From the NCBI RefSeq assembly GCF_009914755.1, contig NC_060937.1: a DNA stretch of 64,000 nt. The stretch is one strand, 5' to 3'. Source of the stretch: the human T2T-CHM13v2.0 reference genome, Homo sapiens. Shown here one piece after another: positions 28,300 to 47,201 of this stretch. Both the position numbers and the translations under genes were made by a program. How positions within the stretch are numbered: position 1 is the first letter of the stretch; each line of letters starts with the position of its first letter. Below the pieces are notes generated by a model. It was given only the letters and a program-made list of their open reading frames with translations, was not told where the DNA came from and made no database searches.

Positions 28300-28885
28300 T
28301 GTGTTGAGGGACCCAATGCCGCCACCGTATTCAATAAGGAGCTAGAAGGACTCACAGAACTTAGACAAGCTGTTCTATTCACCGTTATGGTTTATTACGA
28401 TGAAAGGCTATAGAATACATTCGGAAGGAAAAAGGCACTTAGGGCAGAGTCCAGGCAGAACCAGGCACAGCTTCCAGTTGTCTTCTCCCTGTGGAGTTAT
28501 ATGAACAGAACTTAATTCTCCCAGCAATGACGTGTGACAATATGGACAAAGAATTGTCAACCAGGGATGCTCACACAAACTTTTGTGTCCAAGGTCAGCT
28601 GCCTAGGCATGAAGCCCCCCAACTATTGACCCTAAATACGCAGTGTCCAACCCATTCCTCCCTATGAAGTCAAACTCATACAATACGACCCAGGGCTCCA
28701 GGCAAGCAAAAACAGGTGTTCACCATAAATTACATTATTAGCACAAACTCTGGCATTGCCCAAGGCCCGAGGTATACAAAGACACTCTTATCAGGCAGGA
28801 TATTTCAAGAGCTAATAGTTGGTCAAGAGTCAGTCTTTTCTTTGAGGCATGCAATCCCATTGCTGCTGAGTCAACCCTTTACTAT
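28300..28885 (-). mobile_element. ERVL-class LTR (MER77/MER21-like)
   Basis: ctagaaggactcacagaact..gtttattac..gggcagagtccagg..gcttccagttgtc motif. Confidence 0.65.
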
Positions 28886-29163
28886 TCACTTATATTTTAT
28901 GAGTTCGATTTATACTTCTATTGTTAATTTTATTTCTAAGTCTATAAAGTATATTTTTTACCTTTTAAAAAATATAAACGATAGATACTATATAATATTA
29001 TACAACTCCTACACATTGCTTTTGTCACTTGAAGTTGTTCCATATTTGTAAAATAATTGTTTTTTATTCTTTTGGATGGCTGCATTTTATTTACCAATTT
29101 TCTATTGATAGATATTAGGATTTTTTGGTCCAATTTTTTGCTACTCAAAATAAGATTAATAAC

Positions 29164-29187
29164 GTGTGTGTGTGTGTGTGTGTGTGT
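29164..29187. repeat. (GT)n microsatellite
   Basis: Direct reading. Confidence 0.9.
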
Positions 29188-29493
29188 AATTTTACTTATG
29201 TTCTAACATATTTGTAAGATATATTCCCAAAGTAAAATTATTGGATTAAATGATATGCTCAGATGGTATATTCATCTGTAATATTAATAGATCTTGCCTT
29301 TCAGTAAACTGTTGCCCATAAAGATTTCACCAACTTTTATTCACTAGCAATGTAAGAAACTACCTGTTTCCCCATACTCTTGACAACTAAGTGTATTTTA
29401 AAATACTTTTATAATACCTGGTGTACTCCAGCACTACAGGAATAATATATTTGTAGCTTTCATTTTTATTTTATTCATCATGAGTAAGGTTGA

Positions 29494-29883
<390 letters not shown>

Positions 29884-30142
29884 TGAAAGAGCTCTTTTAC
29901 ACTGGTGATGTTAGCTGTCTATATGCATTATGAATTGGAAATATTTTTCCCAATTTGTTATCTAACTTTTTATTTATTGTGGATTTTGCCACACATTTTT
30001 AAACAATTTAATTCATCAGTCTTCTAGTTTTAGGAGGTCTTTTGCTATATTGTGCTTTTTAAAAAAACTGTAAAGTTATAAAAATTATTCTCAATGTTTC
30101 TTTGACTCATTTTATTGTTTTATTTTAAAATTTAAATCTTTT

Positions 30143-30431
30143 GGGCCTGGCACAGTGGCTCACACCTGTAATCCTAATGCTTTGAGAGGCTGAGATTGGA
30201 GGAGTTTGAGACCAGCCTAGGCAACAGAGTGAGACCCAGTTTCTAGAAAAAAAAAAAAAAAACCTAACAATTATCCAGGTAGCCAGGTATGGTGATGCAC
30301 ACCTGTAGTCCCAGCTACTCAGCAGACTGAGGAGAGAGGATCACTTGAGTCCAGGAGTTCAAGGCTGTAGTGAGTCTCTGGACTCCAGCAGCCTGGATGA
30401 CAGCGTAAGACCCTGTCTCTTAAAAAAAAAT
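30143..30431 (+). mobile_element. AluJ-like
   Basis: Alu body. Confidence 0.92.
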
Positions 30432-30657
30432 AAGAATCTTTTATTCATCTGAAATATACCTTGGTGTAAGATATAAAGTAGAGCTAAACTAATTTTTGTT
30501 CCAAATGGCTACTCATTTATCCCAACACCATTTGTTGAATTTTCTATTTATCACTAAATTGAAAAGCCACCTTTATCTTTGTGTAAAGTGCCACATGTAT
30601 TAGGATCTATTTATAGACATTCAGTTCTGTTTCACTGATCAGTCTATTTAATCACGC

Positions 30658-30942
30658 TTTTTTTTTTTTTTTTTGAGACAGAGTCTCGCTCTGGAATGCA
30701 GTGGTGCGATCTCAGCTCACTGCAACCTCTGCCTCCCAAGTTCAAGCAATTCTCCTGCCTCAGCCTCCTGAGTAGCTGGGATTACAGGCATGCACCACCA
30801 CACCCAGTTAATTTTGGTATTTTTAGTAGAGATGGGGTTTCACCGTGGTGGTCAGGCTGGTCTCGAACTCCTGACCTTGTGATCTGCCTGCCTCAGCCTC
30901 CCAAAGTGCTGGGATTGCAGGCGTGAGCCACTGTGTCCAGCC
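30658..30942 (-). mobile_element. AluS
   Basis: Alu body; TSD ttaatcac.cttttt. Confidence 0.95.
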
Positions 30943-31009
30943 TTAATCACACTTTTTATGGTGTGGAGAGGTAGGCGACAAAGGCCAGCATTGACTTCTT
31001 TGAGGTGTA

Positions 31010-31645
31010 AAATTTTGGTTGAGGTATAACAAACATACAGAAAAGTGCACAAATCACAAGTATAAAGTTCAATGAACATTCACAGTGTAAATACACAGTA
31101 CAGTATGTACTCAGCACTCATAACCAGTACTCAGACCAAAGAGCAAAACATTACCAGTACCTAGAAGTCTCCTTCTAGTTACCGCCCTCCTGAGGCTAAC
31201 CACTGCCTGACTCACTTCTGATTTCTAATAGGATAATTCATTTAGGAGTTGAATTATTCAGTATACTCTTCTCTACCTTCTTTCCCTCAATATTACACTT
31301 ATGGGATGCAGCCACTTTGATGCATATAGTTGTAGTTCGTTCAAACTCATTGCTGTAGAGTTTCCCACTGTATAAATGTAACATGTTGTATTTATTCATT
31401 CTACTGCTAATGAACATTTGGGAATTATTGATTTTTTGCTATTAAGAATAGTGCTTATGTGAACATTTATACATATTGTTTCATGAACTTGTGTTCATGT
31501 TTCTGTTGGATGTGGAGTTAGGAGTGGAATTACTGGACCAGAGGGTATACATATGTTCAGCCTAAATAATCAAACGGTTCTTCCAAAGTGATCATGCCAG
31601 TGTCAGAGTTTCCAGTACTCCACATCCCGGCTCACACTTGGTATT
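31010..31645 (-). mobile_element. L1ME-like 3' end
   Basis: gaggtataac..aaagtgcacaaatc..; ttattcattctactgctaatgaacatttggg. Confidence 0.75.
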
Positions 31646-32078
31646 TGTAGCAGAAGATGTCGGTGGCCATCCATTTCCACTCAAGCTTCCCTATTTCAGT
31701 TCACACCTGCACCTTAATCTCTGCCTGAGGGTTTCCCTGGCCATCAGAACCTTCTAGGTCCTCACTCAAAACAGGCCAGAAGGGAAGGGGATTAATAAGC
31801 CCTGAGCAGAGATCTCAACCAATGACTGATGCGCCGTGGTTTATGCATACCCTAGCTCCCTTGACCTTGGGACAGGAAGACTCTGAAGCACATGCTCTAC
31901 ACTTGCTGTCAGAGCTCTGCAGTGGGAGAAAGCTCTAGCTGGCACTGGTGATGACATGCTTGATAATATAGCTGGTATCTGTGGCCTTCCCCTCCCTGTC
32001 TGTTTTCCACTTCCCTGCAGGTATTTTAAATCCTTGTCTCACAGAGTTCACTTCTGTGGGAATCCAAACTAAGGACAA
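31646..32078 (+). mobile_element. LTR16-like ERVL LTR
   Basis: ctcaaccaatgactgatg..; ends aaatccttgtctc..gggaatccaaactaaggaca. Confidence 0.7.
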
Positions 32079-32562
32079 TCTATTTTTCTTTATTTTGGCT
32101 ATGGTGGAGCCGGGGGTGATTAGAGGGAGAATATGTCTTAAAACACTCCTAATGGGGGATGGTGATAATGCAAGAACAGTTGAGAAAAACTGGCTTAGAT
32201 ATACGATTCGTATCAATTTTATTTTTGTGTATAGTGTAAGGGGAGGGGTCCGGTTTCTTTATTTCTTTTCTATTTTGCATATGTTTATCCAATTGGAAAA
32301 GCACCATCTATTGGAAAGACTTTTTCCCCCATTGAACTAATTGCCTTAACACCATGTCAGTAATAATTGACTATGTATATATATGGGCATATATATATAT
32401 AATATGTGTATAGTCTGGTCTTTGTTCTATTAGCTTGTTGGCTTCTTTATCAATTATTATGCTAACACCATACCATATGGATTACTACACCTCTACAGTA
32501 AGACTTTTTTTTTTGAGGGTCTCACTCTGTTACCCAACAAACTTGATTCTTCCAACCCATAA

Positions 32563-33317
<755 letters not shown>

Positions 33318-34477
33318 ACTTTCTTAAATCCTCATATGAAAGCATTATAATTTACTTCTTTTTTATGCTTCCAGACTTTCTCCACTCTTTCATATTCAAT
33401 ATTCTTTTATCGGCATAATACACCTTATTATATTTATGCATGCGTATTTATTTTTAACTGAATAATGTGCTTGTTATATTGCTTAAAGTTTTTTTAAAAA
33501 ACTAGTTTTAGAACATAAATTATTTTTATTGTTGTGTATTATAGGATAATGCTCATAATATTTAATCATTAAACTTGGCCTTTATAAAAAATAAAGTATC
33601 ACACTTAGATAAGCATGTATAAGTAGAACAAACATGAAGCTTATATAGTAACTATATTTCTTTATTTTATTTTCCCTTTGTTTTTTTTACACATTCTTAA
33701 ATACAAGTGCTTTGTTTCTATAGGAGATATTCTCAACATGGGATGTGCATCTAAGTTATGAAGCATAACAATTAAATAACATCCATAAACCCATGACCTC
33801 ATGCAGAATGAAACATTTCTAGTCCCGTGGAAGCTACAGGACTGCTGGAATTTCTTCTCTGATCCAGTCCCCTTGCTTCGCAACAGAGGTGACCACTCTT
33901 CTGAAGGTTATGTTCATAATCCCTGTGCTTTTCTTTATAGTCTAGATATGTATCTATGTATAGACAGGGGAGATGTAGATGTAAATATAGATATATCTGA
34001 AAATATATTACTTTGTGACAGTTATTTTTAAGCTTTATACAAATGGATATCGTGCTGAAGTGGTATTTACCTTGAAGCACACTGTGATCATGACATATTT
34101 TGATGTTCACTTCCCATGTTTAGGTTCCTGCTTCTCCACGCCAATGACATGGTGAGAGAATAGAGGGGAAGCTGAAGACAAACAACATAAACTTATGTTT
34201 GAAAAGCACCTTTTACTCTATGAAATAAAGTGAGTGTAAGCAGTAAATGGAACAACAAGCTTTCAGAGTCACTGCAGGGCAAGAGCTGGGGAGGGAAGAG
34301 CTGGCTGGTCATGGAGGATGCACTGGAGTGAAAAAACATCACTCAATTGGCCAGGACATTCCAGGACATCAGGGAGACCACACAACAGCTAGAGTGTCTC
34401 TTTTCATCCAAATGACCGCAACACCTCTCCAGCAAGGGCACAGAACTGGGCTGAGGCTGAGTATTGCTGAGGCAATA

Positions 34478-35600
34478 CCATTTAGAACATAGGCACAGGT
34501 AAGGATTTCATGACAAAAACGCCAAAAGCAATTGCAACCAAAGCAAAAATTGATAAATGGGATCTAATTGAACCTAAGAGCCTCTGCATAGCAAAAGAAA
34601 CTATCATCAGAGTGAACAGAGAGCCTACAGAATGGGAGACAATTTTTGCGATCTGTCTGTCTGACAAAGGCCTAATATCCAGAATCTATAAGGAACTTAA
34701 ACAAATTTACAAGGAAAAAAACAAACAACCCCATTAAAAAGTAGGCAAAGAACATGAACAGACACTTCTCAAAAGAAGGCATTCATGTGGCCAACAAACA
34801 TATGAAAAAAAAGCTTAACATCACTGATCTTTAGAGAAAGGCAAATCAAAACCACAATGAGATATCATCTCATGCCAGTCAGAATGGCAATTATTAAAAA
34901 GTCCAGAAACAACAGATACTGGCAAGGTTGCAGAGAAAAAGGAAAGCTTTTACACTGTCGATGGGAATGTAAATTAGTTCAACCCTTGTGGAAGACAGTA
35001 TGGCAATTCCTCAAAGATCTAAAGGCAGGAATAGCATTTGACGCAGCAATCCCATTACTGGGTATATACCCAAAGGAATATAAATCATTCTGTCATAAAT
35101 ATACATGCACCTGTATGTTTATTGCAACACTATTCACAATGGCAAAGACATGGAATCAACCCAAATGCCTATCAATAATAAACTGGATAAAGACAATGTG
35201 GTACACATACACCATGGAATACTATGCAGCCATAAAAAGGAATGAGATCATGTCCTTTGTAGGGACACAGATGGAGCTGGAAGCTGTTATCTTCAGCAAA
35301 CTAACAGAGGAACAGAAAACAAAACAACACATGTTCTCACTTATAAGTGGGCGCTGAATGATGAGATCACATGGACACATGGCAGGGAACAAAACACACT
35401 GAGGCCTGTTGCGGGGAGGGCCTGATGCAGGGAGGGAGAGCATCAGGAAGAACAGATAATGGATGCTGGGCTTAATACCAAGGTGATGGGTTGATCTGTG
35501 CAGCAAACCACCATGGCACACATTTACCAATGTAACGAAACTGCACATCCTGCACATGTACTCCAGAACTTAAAATAAATGTTGAAGGAAACAAAAACAA
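34478..35600 (+). mobile_element. 5'-truncated L1PA-type LINE-1 (ORF2 C-terminus + 3' UTR)
   Basis: Peptides [48 protein letters not shown]. Confidence 0.95.
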
Positions 35601-35606
35601 AAAAGA

Positions 35607-35924
<318 letters not shown>

Positions 35925-36535
35925 TTATAAATATTTGTTAAATTGGTAGGATTGTTAGCATAATTTACAAAAATTTTATTCATATTATTCTATAACATAT
36001 CTAAATAACATTCATGTTAACAAATATCAATGGTTCTTTGATTTAAAAGTGGTGAAAAACAAGCTAATCGTAAGTTTTCTATACACCCATATATTTTCCA
36101 ATAGCATGACACTGTCCAGATATTTAGAAATAGGCTATCCGGAAAAGAAAGAACTTGCTGAACTCCAGAAAATATAAAGTAGATACAATTCAAGGTTTTT
36201 GAACCTTGGAAAAGGAAGGATAATTTTCTATAAATAATTTTTTCACAACTGTGTTTCTTATATTCATACCCGGGTATCTTAATTGGTATATTACCAATTT
36301 GCTTCACTAGATGGAGATATGAGGCCCAATAACTATAAATTTCTTCAAAAATGAAGCATAACTCTTGATATTTTGAAAAACATAATTTATTTGTAGAAGA
36401 GAAACTACAGCTTGTAAGACTCTTCTTAAGGGAGACGATCTTCCATGTAATACATTGTTGGCCCCAGGGAGAAACGTTTGCTGGGATTGATGGTGAGTAG
36501 TTTACTAGTTAATATTTCATCAGTGTACTGAGTAG

Positions 36536-36872
<337 letters not shown>

Positions 36873-37247
36873 CTATATGTTCATTTTTTTATTCATTGAC
36901 CAAACACTTAGTTTGCCCGACACTGTTAGGCATTGGGATACAAAAATAAGGACACAATCCCCACTCCTCAAGAAGCTCACAGTCTCCGTCAAGTAGGGGA
37001 GAAAAGTATGTAAACTATTAATTAGAATACGTTCAGGGCAGAATTATAGAATGGGTTAACACAAGGTTTGCTGGCTGCACGAAGAGAGAAACAGCTGGCT
37101 CTTATTGAGTAAGAGAACATGCTTAGGATGAGTTTCAAGGGGTGAATAATTCAGAGGCAGTCCAGAATGAGAATAAGACTATAGCAGTCCAGACAACACT
37201 TGGTGAGGGAGTTCGCTTGAAGGAAACAAAAACAAAACCAAAAATAA

Positions 37248-37483
37248 GGCCGGGCGCTGAGGCTCACGCCTATAATCCCAACACTTTGGGAGGCCGAGGA
37301 GGGCGGTTCACGAGGTCAGGGGTTTGAGACCTTCCTGACCAACATGGTGAAACCCCAACTCTACTAAAAATACAAAAATTAGCTGGGCGAGGTGGCACGC
37401 ACCTGTAATCCCAGCTATTCAGGAGGCTGAGGCAGGAGAATCTCTTGAACCCGGGAGGCAGAGGTTGCAGTGAGCTGAGATCA
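37248..37483 (+). mobile_element. AluS, 3'-truncated
   Basis: Alu body without tail. Confidence 0.92.
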
Positions 37484-37652
37484 GGTGGGTACCTGTGGGA
37501 ATAGAAAGGAGGAGATGAGTGCACAAGATGTAGAGAAGGTAGAATACGTTAGACTTAATGGCTCAATGATTGTTGGAATCAAACGGGAGGAGGAAATTTT
37601 CTAGATAGTTTGAAAAAAGCACTGTGGAAGTCAGGATAAAAATTCAACATGA

Positions 37653-37960
<308 letters not shown>

Positions 37961-39214
37961 GAAAATAATTTTAATAAGCCACCTCTATTCATATCTTAAA
38001 TTGTAAACTGCCTTCCCACTCCCTTTTCTTGAGATCTCACCCCATTTTCTGCTTACTCTGGCATGTAGACATATTCTTCCTGCCGAATGAGTCAGTCTCA
38101 GTCTAGATTTGTGCTGACATGTCTTAAATTTCCTGTAAAAATAAGAAACTAGTACATTATCTCTCTCTCTTTCCCCCTTTTCCTCTATCTCTGTCAAAGA
38201 CACACACCATGCACATACATGCACACACACTGACAAGGATATAGAAAAAGTATAGTGTCATCTTTATAGAAAATGTATGGAATTACTGTGCATAAAGCAG
38301 AGAAACAATCCTGTACTCATAACATACCCCAGGAAACTGTGCAGTTGTTACTCTCGAGTGTTCTTGGATTCTGAAATGGAAGATAGGACTTACTGCAGAC
38401 ATTTCATACTCATCTATTTGGAATAGTTCTTCTAGGTTTTTTTTTTTTGTAAAGTCCTATTATTTATGGAAAGATTGGAAATCTAGAGTTTTTTGTTTGT
38501 TTCCAGTCTTTCTCTTAATTTCCGTGAATTTAACTCGGTTCTTATCTAACATTCATGTGTTTAATTTTATTCATCCCTAACACAGGGCATATAATAATAC
38601 ACACCCAGTGAGTGTGTGAGACTCATGGAGAAGCAGGTTTGCCATGACCCCATAAACCAGCCCAGACAGCTGACAGAGGCAACTTGAGGTGGGGGGAGAG
38701 AGAGAAGAAAAGTTGAAGTCACAGAGAGCACTTTCCCTACAGGCAGAGTCAAAAGAGGCAGAAAAATGTAAACTTCAAAAATTCTGGACTTGCTTTTAAA
38801 AGCTTTGTGTTTTTTATTTGCATAGTGATGAAGAAAAAAGAATTTAGCTGTGCATATTTGAGTTCCATCTAGAGATTCTCCCAGCCTCCCTATCCATCTC
38901 GTCATCTGTATCCACATCATCTCTGTTTACATCTATACCCTTGTCTACGCTTTAATCTACTTCCATTAGCTTCTCATCTTCCTCATGTCTGGATCATGCT
39001 GGTGGTACAAATAGGGTGGACAGAGGAGCACTGGGAGTAACATAAACTATGTTTGACGACTGGAACAAGCTCAACAAGTACAGACTCCACCTGTCTTTGC
39101 AGTATATTTTTGAAAAACTTTGTACAGGGTTCAAGTCTAAATTGTTTCAGATATAACGTGAGCCAATGGAAGGAGCACAAGAGGTTTACATTAGAAGGTC
39201 TTGGTTCATAGAGT

Positions 39215-40420
39215 TCCTTGGAAAAGTGGTTGATTCCAGGTCTGGGTCAGGGAAAATCTAATTGAGCATGAAAATCTTGTGATATCAGAAAATAAAGAAG
39301 GACTCAAAACAACAACAGCTACTCCCCAATGACAGAGTCAAAAGGATGAAGAGCCCACCATTGGAGTTTCCAATGGCCAAAGTCGGAACAGTTTGACCAA
39401 GAAAATAATGACAATATTTGATTCTAAACTAGTGGAATAAAATAAATATCCATCAGTCCATATATATCAGCATAAATAAATAAGTGAATGAATAAATACA
39501 TAAATAAATGGGGGAGAAGTGATACTTCTACCTTACAGGAGAATTGTAATTAATGAATGCAGGAGAAATGAGGAAAATACAAAGTCACTGTTGGGTGGAC
39601 AGCACAATAATAATTGTTGCAGACAAGATCTACTGGTAGTCTAAAATCATTGGGTGAAAGTTTGAGGTAAAACAGGATATTAGCATAGTCTCAGTGTATC
39701 TCCTCCAAGATATCTGTCAATCACAAAAGAAAACATAGTAGGTGTACAGTGGAGAGACCTGCCAGATGCCAGTGTTTTTTTTTAAATCTTTTTTTTTTTT
39801 TTTTTTTTTTTTTGAGACAGAGTCTCACTCATCGCCCAGGCTGGAGTGCAGTGGCAACATCTTGGCTCACTACAATCTCTGCCTCCTGGTTCAAGCGATT
39901 CTTCTGCCTCGACCTCCCGAGTAGCTGGGATTACAGGCATTTGCCACCATGCCCAGCTAATTGTTTTGTATTTTTAATAGAGATGGGGTTTCATCACGTT
40001 GGTCAGGCTGGTCTTTAACTCCTGACCTCAGGTGATCCACCCACCCCGGCCTCCCAAAATGCTGACCCTGACTCTTCAAAAGGGTCAAGGTCATAGAAGG
40101 CAGAGTGTGAGACAATCTCTCAGATTGGAGAAGTCGGACAAGTGGTACCTAAATGCAACATGGGATTCTGAATCAGAACATACAGAAAAAAAAAAAAAAG
40201 ACACAAGGGAGAAAACTCATAAAATTCAAATTAGGTCTGTAATTTAATAGTATTGTACCAGTGTGAATTAAGTTAATTTTCTGGTTTTGATCATTTAACT
40301 ATGGCTGCATAATTATTAACATTAGGGAAAGCTGGGTGAAGGTTATACATAAAGTCTCTGCACTATTTTTGTAACTTTTCCATAAGTCTCACGTTATTTA
40401 AAATTTTAAGTTTTATTTTT
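39215..40420 (+). mobile_element. L1MC-like 3' region interrupted by Alu
   Basis: ggttgattccagg..; tttccaatggccaaag; aacattagggaaagctgggtgaagg. Confidence 0.7.
39789..40063 (-). mobile_element. AluS, truncated
   Basis: Alu body. Confidence 0.93.
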
Positions 40421-41520
40421 TAAGACCTTGGCTCGAGTCTGAGCTCTAACACTTATTAGCTCTGTAACCTTTCTGGGGCTCAATTTTCTTACTAAACAGT
40501 GAGTTAGGATGGACGACCCTTCGGCTCCTTCTGGAGAGCTATGGAGAGGTTCTCTTACCCACAATGTTTGCCTTCCTTTACTTCAGCAAGCTACACAGTC
40601 ACTGATCAGCAGTTGTGGAAATGCAGAATCTTGAAAATTGTCATGAAATTTTATTTACAGGTATTAATAATTTATCTCTGAGGTTCAACTTTCCACCTAA
40701 ATGCAGAGTGATGCAGGACTGTAGAATTATTCCCAGCTTGTTGGGTGTTAGAAGCTGCTTTAACAGATATTATGCCAACAGAAAATTCACCTAAAAGTCT
40801 TGTTAAAGAGAGTGTTTAGACTAGAAGAAAACACAAAAATACAATATCACCTACTAAAGAGTAGTGGAATTATGAGTGGTCATTTTGTTTCAAAGTTTCC
40901 TTAATCTTATCGTTGTCTTTTTAGGATTAAAAATATGTTTACCAAAAAAATGCTTGTACTTGGAATAGATAGACGTATTGTTGAAACTTACCAGCTCTCT
41001 GATCCTAGCAACCAGGAAGAATATCCCGGGAATGCTTTGGCAGTTAAAAAATAAATCAGCTTGGCAGTGATCACTTCCCTTGATACCCTCCCACACGCCC
41101 ACATACACATTTCTCTTGACCACTACGGACATTCCAGGCTCTCTCCTTCCAACAGCATCTGCCTCCCTGTGAGAATTCTTCCATGGGGCCTTCATCCCTG
41201 CAGAAACACAGCATCTAATTAAAATAGAAATCTGAGTTCAGGGATGCAATACCTCAAACTAGGAGGGTTCTCCTTTTCATTAGGCTATCTAATTTCAGCA
41301 AGATTTTCTTTAGTCTTTAAAATCAGAAGACCTCTTCCTCTTGGCCATTCCACCTTTTTCTCTTATTTCAAAATTCTACTTATCATGCTTCTTCTTCAAC
41401 ACAACAAAGTGTCTTTAATACTTTACCTCTCCTTGTACAGTGTTTGTTATAGGAAGTTTAGTTTTTTTCTTTTATTTTTTCAAGTTTACTGGAAAATTTC
41501 TATGATCAAATCTTCAGAGA

Positions 41521-41930
<410 letters not shown>

Positions 41931-41949
41931 TCACCCTATGAAGTGCTCA

Positions 41950-42075
41950 CACCCACGTGACTCAAGGAAAGCACATGCTCTCTGAATTACTCAGCATCAT
42001 TATAGCAATAAGAGAATGACACGTGGGCAGTAATGGTGCTAAGTCATTACCTGTTGGTACTGCATGACTCGCTTT
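41950..42075. promoter_or_regulatory. Candidate enhancer (E-box/AP-1 cluster)
   Basis: CACGTG at 41954 overlapping TGACTCA at 41958; TTACTCAGCA ~41987; second CACGTG at 42020. Confidence 0.3.
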
Positions 42076-42754
42076 AGTTGCCTAAAGCTCCACATAGTTG
42101 TTTAATGTCAGTCATTTTCTTGAAGGTTGCTCTTTTACCACCAGTGCCAGGCTCTACCATGGAGTGGCTTTAATTGTTGCCTGGATTAATCCAGATAGCT
42201 GATGTTTTAGCCCTTTGAGCACCAAAACAAAAATATTTTCTAAACTGTTCTCTGTGGAATTTTCATGTATTTATCCTTCCTCACATTTAAAATAGAGTAT
42301 ATTACATTTAATTTAACATTTCTGGATGAGTCCTATTATAAAGTGTGATGCCCTTTGTCTAGAAAAATATATAGCCATGTCTGATTCATGGCTCAATTAT
42401 TCTAGGCCCACACTCTTTTTTAATTCTTAGGTCATACTTTTAGTGTTTTTTTTTCACCTTCGCTGTCAAGGTATCCCCCTACTCACTATTACCAGTGTGC
42501 CGCATTGTACTTTTCAGCTACTTCTAATTTGATGTAGGCTTGAAAATGAAATATGTGAGATCATAAAATAACATGTAAAATAAGAGTCCTATAGAGAGGC
42601 ATGTGTGATAACCTCTCTCATTAATAACATACATGAGCTTTGAGTATGATCCAGGAGAAGTGAAGGAAGCTAGAAAGAAAATAAAATGATTCATTGGACT
42701 TGATTCTTGAAACTGTCTTTTTTGAGCAGCCAAGTTACAAAAACATAAGATTAT

Positions 42755-43892
<1,138 letters not shown>

Positions 43893-43935
43893 AGAGTGGA
43901 ATTTTTATTTATTTAAAGGGTCCAATCTTACTACC

Positions 43936-44218
43936 TTTTTTTTTTTTTTTGAGGTGGAGTCTCGCTCTGTCGTCCAGGCTGGAGTGCAATGGCGCGATCT
44001 CGGCTCACTGCAAGAGCCGAGTTCACGCCATTCTCCTGCCTCAGCCTCCCGAGTAGCTGGGACTACAGGCGCCCGCCATTACGCCCAACTAACGTTTTGT
44101 ATTTTTCGTAGAGATGGGGTTTCACCGTCAGGATGGTCTCGATCTTCTGACCTTGTGATCCACCCGCCTGGGCCTACCAAAGTGCTGGGATTAGAGACCT
44201 GCGCCTCCGCGCCCGACC
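43936..44218 (-). mobile_element. AluY-like
   Basis: Alu body. Confidence 0.93.
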
Positions 44219-44614
44219 ACTACTTGTTTTTATAATGACTCATATGCACAAAATAATTTCTTAAACGCTATTTATTGGCTTTTAACTTTTCTAACCTATA
44301 GACAAAACAAGTGAAATGTAACTATAATTATAGAAGAGACTAAACAGTGGAGAAAAGAGCATGGTAGGTAAGAGGAACAGCATGTGCAGAGGCCCTGAGG
44401 AGGAAACAGCTTGGTGTATTGAAGAACCTGAGACCATGTGACTAGAGTACAGTGTTTGAAAAGAATAGTGGTAGGAGGGGAGGATGGCTGGAGTCCAATG
44501 AAGAACAGCCTAGTAGGCCACATTAAGCATGTGCGCCTGATGAATAGTTTTAGGAAGTAGAGTCATGTGATTCATTATTTTCTGTGGAGGGAATGCAAAT
44601 ATAAAAGGGGAAAG

Positions 44615-44936
<322 letters not shown>

Positions 44937-45028
44937 TTAAGCATGTGCGCTTGATGAATACTTTTAGGAAGTAGAGTCATATGGTTCATTATTTTCTGTG
45001 GAGGGAATGCAAATATAAAAGGGGAAGG

Positions 45029-45578
<550 letters not shown>

Positions 45579-46341
45579 TCAGAGAGATGGACATGCATTA
45601 GGGTAGAGATGAAAAGACCTGGGCAAATTGAAACATATTTTGGAAGTAGAATTTGAGCTTATGGCATCTACAAAAACAAACGAATATTCATCGTAAAAAA
45701 CAAAACAATAAAAAATTCAAGTAAATTACCAAGTGATAATTCTGAAATCTTAATTTGTTATTTTTTGTGGCGGTGATGGGGCTGATGCTTTTCTGTGAGT
45801 TATTGAAAGAGGTCTTTCCAGGACAGCTAAAAGAAATTAGGCTAAGGAGAATTGGTAAATTTAAAAGCAAATAATGAGGTAGAAAAAGACATTAAATCAT
45901 TTTATTTTAAGTATCAAAAATTCAGACCTAAAACAGAGACATGAGATATCAATGAGTGATGTCTTACTGTAGCCAGTCTTATTAAGCTTTATTAGAAGTA
46001 TGGGCTCACAGACCTACTTCTCTTGGCTTCATATCTGCCTCTTTGATGAAATAGAGAAACACTCAAGGTCTTTACTACACAGTGGTGTAGAGATGTTACT
46101 GCCCTAAAATATATTGCATAACAAGCTTATGCATGTGAAATAACTTTAAAACACATTCATTTCACTGGACTCATCCAGTTTGGGATCTAGCCAGTGGTAA
46201 TACCAAGTGACAGTTTCGGGAGGCTTAAATCATTCCTAAAATCTCCATCATCCTCTTATCAAAGCTTCCAACTAAATATACAGTCTAAAGAATAAGATAT
46301 GCTCTGCAAATGAAACTTTGAGGCTTGTTTGCTAACCCTGT

Positions 46342-46410
46342 TGTATTAGTTTGCAGGGTTGCCATAACACAAAGTACCACAGACTGGATTGTTTAAAACA
46401 ACAGAAATTT
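46342..46410. mobile_element. MLT1 (MaLR LTR) end fragment
   Basis: tgtattagttt..gccataac..aaagtaccacagactgg..aaacaacagaaattt. Confidence 0.7.
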
Positions 46411-47201
46411 GTTTCTCTCTCTTTCTCTCTCTGTCTCCCATTTTCATAGGACACATTATCTGGTAACTTAATGAGAAACAGAACATAGAAAGTAAAATTG
46501 TGAGACCTTTCATATCTAAAAATGTTTTGATTAATAGTTTAATTGATACTGAATACCTCATTGGAAAACATTTTCTCCTACAGTTTGAAAGAGTTGTTTC
46601 ATTGTCTTATTTGACTTCAGAGTTGCAGATAAGAATTCTGATTCTGAATCTAAATCTCCCTGTTTTGAGCCTTTCCTCCTCACTCCAACTCTGCATGATG
46701 TTTGGTGATACCAAATCCTGAACTTGCCCGGTGCTCTCTGGAACAAATTGGTTCCCTCTCTTTGGCATCCCTCTCCTCAGGCAGTTAGGTTTAGCTTTCT
46801 TAGGTTTAGGTTTCAACTTGCGAACTCAATTACCATTCCTCTGTTGAGGGGTGACCACGAAAATATTTAATTACAAGGGGTGCAGGAGCACAGAACAGAC
46901 ACTGCCTGTAAATAATCAGTGGGGTCATGTCAGAGTGGAACAGTGAGTACTAATTCAGTATCTGCTCTGCTTCCATTCAATTTCTATTCTCTAACACTTT
47001 GGTGACATCTTTTTTTTTTTTTTTTTTCTTCACTGTTTTCTACTTTTCCCATTTTACTTGGGCTTGGGCATGCATGCCTTTTTGTATTTCTTTATTGTCA
47101 TTTTGGCAGGGTTTCAGCAGGAGTAAAAATAAATGTGTGTATTTAAAAGCTATGTTTAGCAAAAAGTCTACAAGATGCTCAATATCTACTATCACATTTA
47201 A

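Noticed and set aside
34510-35357. 75-aa and 166-aa ORFs
   Set aside because: Fragments of the LINE-1 ORF2 C-terminus.
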